Shown piece after piece: positions 56,380 through 64,000 of a DNA stretch of 64,000 bases. The notes beneath the pieces are model-generated. The model saw only the letters and a list, made by a program, of their open reading frames with translations. It had not been told where the DNA came from and made no database searches. The stretch covers positions 78,616,001 to 78,680,000 of the forward strand of contig OZ024743.1 of assembly GCA_964016885.1 (NCBI GenBank), read 5' to 3'. The translations under genes were made by a program, and so were the position numbers. Every line of letters begins with the position of its first letter. Position 1 is the stretch's first letter. The stretch comes from Eledone cirrhosa. Taxonomy: Eukaryota.

Positions 56380-56650
56380 GAGTCACGTGGCATATTGGTA
56401 AGGGTGTTGGACTTACGATCATAATGTCGTGGGTTCGATTCCTGGGTTGTGTGTTGTGTTCTTGAGCAAAACACTTCATTTTACGTTGCTCCAGTATACT
56501 TAGCTGAAAATGAGTACCAGCAATCACGGGGGTTCAGCCATGTGATGGACTGGCGTCATGTCCAGGGGGAGTCTTGTACTCTCAGTCGCTTTACACCATG
56601 AAACCAGGATAATCATTGGCCTGAGGAGATTCCTGGCTTAAGACAGACTT
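56380..56650 (+). mobile_element. tRNA-derived CORE-type SINE (OR-like); degenerate relative at 54410-54625
   Basis: tggcatattggtaag (A-box), gggttcgattcc (B-box), CORE-like gtgttcttgagcaaaacactt..aaaatgagtac, then gatggactggcgtcatgtccaggg. Confidence 0.78.
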
Positions 56651-57036
56651 TAACCCTGCGAAGGACTAACGGCCTGTCCAGGGAAAGTCTTGTACTCTTA
56701 GACACTTCACGCCATATAACCAGCCTCCTGGCTTAACACAGACCTTAGACTAATTAACCAGAGAAAAACGTAGGGTTTCTCAGGAATTACTAATTAATGT
56801 TGGTTAATTAGAATATTTCATCTAAAGGTGAGAATAACTTGTCATAATGTTATATCAATATTGTAGGGGGGTGGGAGGAAATAGGTGTGGGAATACAGAG
56901 GGAGGGGGAAGAGAGAGGGGAAGAGAGAGGGGGAAGAGAGAGGGAGAAGAGAGAGAGGGAGAGATAGAGAGAGAGACTGTGCAACGTATGTTGTAAGGCA
57001 TATCATAAATAAATATCTTACCTACATACTTACATA

Positions 57037-57169
<133 letters not shown>

Positions 57170-57261
57170 ATATGTATTGGCAAATCACTGACGAAGGACT
57201 ATTTTTATCATATGTAACCCATGTGCAACCACGCAGTATTCTTCTTTCTTCTCATGTTTTT

Positions 57262-57312
<51 letters not shown>

Positions 57313-57694
57313 TATCATATTGTATCCATTTACCCAATTATCACAAAACTGACCGGAAGTGTAAGAACGTCATGTGATGCGGCTAATTCCCTATATACAG
57401 GAAACCGCCACAACCAACAACCTCAACATCAAAAACAACAACAACAACATCAACATCAAACAAACCCCAGCAATAGAAACATGGAGGGTCAGGTTCGTGA
57501 TTGATGGCTCCGAAACTATTAAATCTAATCTTTTATATTAACATCACGTGATCAGTATATTACATTGGTCACGTGATCAGTATATTACATTGATCACGTG
57601 ATCAGTATATTTTCGGACAAATGAAATGAAATCGGTTTTTACGAGACACGCAACCGGATTTCGGACTTATGTTTCCGCCAGTAAAACAACAGCT

Positions 57695-58975
<1,281 letters not shown>

Positions 58976-59188
58976 TGTAGTAGAAAATATATTTCGACAC
59001 TTCTTAGATAATGTGTAAAAAACAAAAGAAAGAATTATAAAAAAGATGTTAAGAAGAATAAAATGAAAATGGCGTCGGTTGTAGCAATAAGTTCATTATT
59101 GTAGAGTTTGGCAGGTTTAATAATAACATCTTGCTATAGAACCAACTATTTTGGTCTAATAGAGCTAGAGTCTCAGGAGAATATACTG

Positions 59189-59237
<49 letters not shown>

Positions 59238-59421
59238 TAGATAGATAGAGGGAGAGGGAGAGAGATTTGTGAGACAGCGACAGTCAGACAGTGAGAGGGA
59301 GAGAGAAAGTTTGCCATTTATAGACTTTTGTGCATTTTCTTTAACAGAACGAACAAAGAAAACTATAACACAAATAAATATATTACAGAAGTAAATGTTC
59401 TTTTAAATGTGTTAGTTCTTT

Positions 59422-59488
<67 letters not shown>

Positions 59489-59754
59489 CAATAGTAGTAG
59501 TAGTAGTAGTTGTTGTTGTTGTTAATATTATTTGAATATTTATCTACGTTTTGCAGTCATTTTCCAAAATATGAAATATGAAAATATATAAAAAGTGAAA
59601 GATTAAACTTGATAAACCTTTATTGATCATCAAATCGAATGGAGATCGAAACTGATTGTTTATTTATATATTTATATGTATATTTATTATATGTTTGGGA
59701 AACCAAATCAATTTTTCAAAAGAAACGCAAACATACAGAAAAAGACTTTTGACT

Positions 59755-60980
<1,226 letters not shown>

Positions 60981-61169
60981 TCCAAGTCTCTAGTATTTAT
61001 ACATATATATACTTATGTATATGTCCATATATATAGCGAGGGAGATAGAGATAGAGAGAGAGAGAGAGAGAGAGAAAGAGAAAGAGAGAGAGAGAAGAGT
61101 GAGACAGAGAGAGAGAGAGAGACAGAGAGATATAGAGAGTATGTGTGTGAGGGAGATAGAGATAGATAT

Positions 61170-63960
61170 GTTTCTTTATTAGCCACAGGGGCACAAAAGA
61201 AGGGGACAAATACAAAGGGGGAAGTTTACATACAATAAAAACGTGTAAAATGTTATCACAAATGCAATTTAAAAAATTAGTTGATTTTCCCCAATAGGGG
61301 GAGACAGTTCATATGGGTAATACATACCCCCGAAAAAATGTGCAGCCCTCATCTCCAGGAGTACGAAGAGTTTGTACCCCTTTCCTCTCTTCCTCTTTTT
61401 CCTCAGCCTACAGGCTGATATAGAGAGAAGGCCCATTCACTCGGGCCATTCTCGGCACTTTCACCCACCTTTCATAAAACTTGCTGGGGTGCAGCACCCC
61501 TCTCTCCATCCTGATTCTTCTTCCAAAGTGGTATTTGAAAAAAAGAACCAGTTGTTGGCCGGAGAGAAAGGTGTCTGACCTCAGCCCTTTCAACCTTGTC
61601 CACCATATAACCTCTTTCGCCATAGCTATCACACAAAGGAAAACCGCCTCTCCTTCGTTTTTGAAGGAGGGTGGCGGTTTGATCATGAGAATGGACTCGG
61701 TGGTCAACCGGATTGGTCCCACCCGCGACAATAGTCGTTCTACATAGCCCCACAGGTCAGTGACGCCCGGGGCAGTGTATGAATGCGTGCGCGACGGTTT
61801 CTTCGTCTCGCACGCACCTCGGACAGATCTTTTTTGCAGGGTCCCTGCCAGGGCGCCCATGTCTGTAGAGCTTGTCTCGAACTGGTAGAGCTCCTCGGTA
61901 GCACTGCCAGGCCAGGGACTTTTGGAAGTTGTCCATCGGTCCCGGGCGGAAGGTCCTACCGAACAGACTGGCCAGTTCATCTTCCTCTACGCCTAGAGTT
62001 TCACCGAGCGCGTCGTCGCACTTGCTGCGGATCAAGCCTCTATAGAATGACGAAGTGGAGTCTCCACTGATCGCCGGGTCCGCCTGCCAGAGGGCTGTGA
62101 GCGCCTGAGCACATTCGATGTGCCAGTCGCCCATTTTCCTCGGTCTTTGCTTGACCCAGTACTGCAGCTCGGTCAGCGAGACGAGTCGTGGGAAGGCTCG
62201 CCTCACGAACGGGGCCCACACCGGTTGTCCGGTGAGGAATACGTAGAGATGCCGCAGCCTGAGCGCGTTTTGCGCATCGTCAGCCACGGCAACCCCAGCC
62301 CTCCGTTAGAAGGGTGTTGGCAGCAGATGGATCTTCTCACCAGATGGATCGCCTCTTCCAAAGGAATTGGAAGAGCGCGCTCTCCATTTTGGTGAGCGTT
62401 TTGGCTGGACAAGGCACGACGGTCAATCGGTAGTAGATGGCGGACGCTATAAAAGTGTTCGCCACCTCCGCTCGACTTTTCAAGGATATTTTGCACTCGG
62501 CCCACTTCTGGGTGAGTGCAAACACTTTGGCCGTCACTTCGTTCCAGTTCTTCTCCACGTGGAGGTCAGGACCAAACCAGACCCAGAGCAGCTTTACCGG
62601 TCCTTCCGTCCAGCGTCCGACGACGCCATCGGAAGGCATCGGCTTTCCTCTCCACGACCCGAGTTGCAAACCGATGAACTTGTCTCGGTTCAGCTTCGCT
62701 CCTGTGAAACTTTCGTATTCCTTCAGTAAGGTGCCGACTTTCTCTATTTGCGAGGCGCTCGACACCAGTACTGTCACGTCGTCGGCGTGGGCTGACGCCG
62801 CTTTCCGCAATCCCGGTTCCAGAGGGATGCCCTGCAATAGCTTCAACTTCCGCAGTAGTGGCTCGAGAGTCAGTACGTACAGAAGGGAGGAGAGAGGGCA
62901 TCCCTGTCGAATGGATCGCGTAATATGGAACGGCTCCGAGAGGTAGCCGTTCACCTTGACCCTTGAGCAGATATTGCTGTTGTGCATTGCAGCAATCCAG
63001 TCCCTGAACACGGGTCCGAAACCTGCCGCCTCGAGCACCGCATCCAGGTAACGATGGTCAACCCTATCGAAAGCCTTAGACTGATCCAAGTTGATCAGGG
63101 CCCCACCGAAGCCGGGGATACACCCTACCCTCTCTATGATGTATCGCATGAGGTGGAGGTTATCGTGTATGGACCTGGTAGGGATTGCGCATGTCTGCGC
63201 TTCTCCCACCAGGTTCCTGACGACAAGCGCCAGCCTCTTTGCCAACACCTTGGCCCAAATCTGTAACTCTGTGTTTAGCAGAGTTATGGGCCGGAAGTTG
63301 CCTATGCCATCCCCCTTATTCTCGTCCTTCCTGACTAGTGTGACTACGCCCCCGGTCACAGAACTGGGAATTCTCCCGTTCTGTTGCCAGTTGCAGTAGA
63401 CCGCTTCCAGGAGACCGGAGAATAAGTCCGGTATTGCTACGTAAAATTCGTAGGGTAGACGTCGAGACCTGGAGATTTGCGTTTGCCGCATTGGCTCAGC
63501 GCGTCCCCTATCTCAGCGGCTGTCCGAGAGTCGCGGTAGGCCGTCGAGGTATGGACCGAAATCCATAGCCCCTCCCGGCGCGCCGCCCCGCCCGAACAGT
63601 TGAGCAAAGTGCCGCTGAAAGGTCGCACACATCTGCTTCGGCTCACGTATCACGCGTCCGTTTTGGTCCTTCAAAGACCGAATCGTGGACTTGTTGCCAC
63701 TTTTTGCCCCCGTCACTCGGGCCCAGCTAACAGCTTTGGCTCCCTCGTTTCCCAGAGCACGTATTTTGCTTCTGACAACGCATCCCTCGTGCTTTGCGTC
63801 GAAGAACTGGTCCAAGGCCGTTCTCGTTACTAGTACGCTGGCTACGTTGCCACTTCTAATTGCCTCTTCTAATTTATCTACCAGTTCCATCTCGGTTCTA
63901 TTTCTATCTAACGCTAATTCTTTACTAAAAACTAACGAGTTTAATCTAACTGCCCTCTTG
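61170..63960 (-). mobile_element. Tx1/L1-clade LINE, 5'-truncated ORF2 (RT + CCHC), frameshifted
   Basis: KSPGLD, NFRPITLLNT, LDQSKAFDRVDH, IRQGCPLS, AHADDVTV, GGLGLP, CPRC..ET..HAFIHCP; AATAAA near 61178 (minus) followed by a TC/TATC tract. Confidence 0.92.
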
Positions 63961-64000
63961 AGAGAGATAGAGATAGATAGATAGATAGATAGATAGATAG

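Overview
Eukaryotic, repeat-saturated intronic/intergenic DNA, most likely from an octopod cephalopod (inferred from tRNA-derived SINEs resembling Octopus OK/OR families and the extreme microsatellite load). No host protein-coding gene can be supported; nearly all ORFs in the track are microsatellite artefacts. Recognisable content: decayed non-LTR retrotransposons (RTE, R4/Dong-type RLE, CR1-like, Daphne/L2-like, Tx1/L1-like), two 5'-truncated Penelope-like (Naiad-type GIY-YIG) elements, Helitron-like and MITE elements, SINEs, a 609-bp non-autonomous RTE-derived family (5 copies) and many mini/microsatellites. The most notable signal, found by reading both strands, is a dense set of type I hammerhead ribozyme (HHR) motifs: about 18 copies from about 14 apparently unrelated families. 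Most lie in short non-coding direct or inverted repeat cassettes at (TA)n tracts, and some have greatly expanded stem II domains. This suggests a diverse population of non-autonomous, ribozyme-bearing Penelope-dependent elements (retrozyme-like). All RNA structures were derived by eye and need computational and biochemical confirmation.
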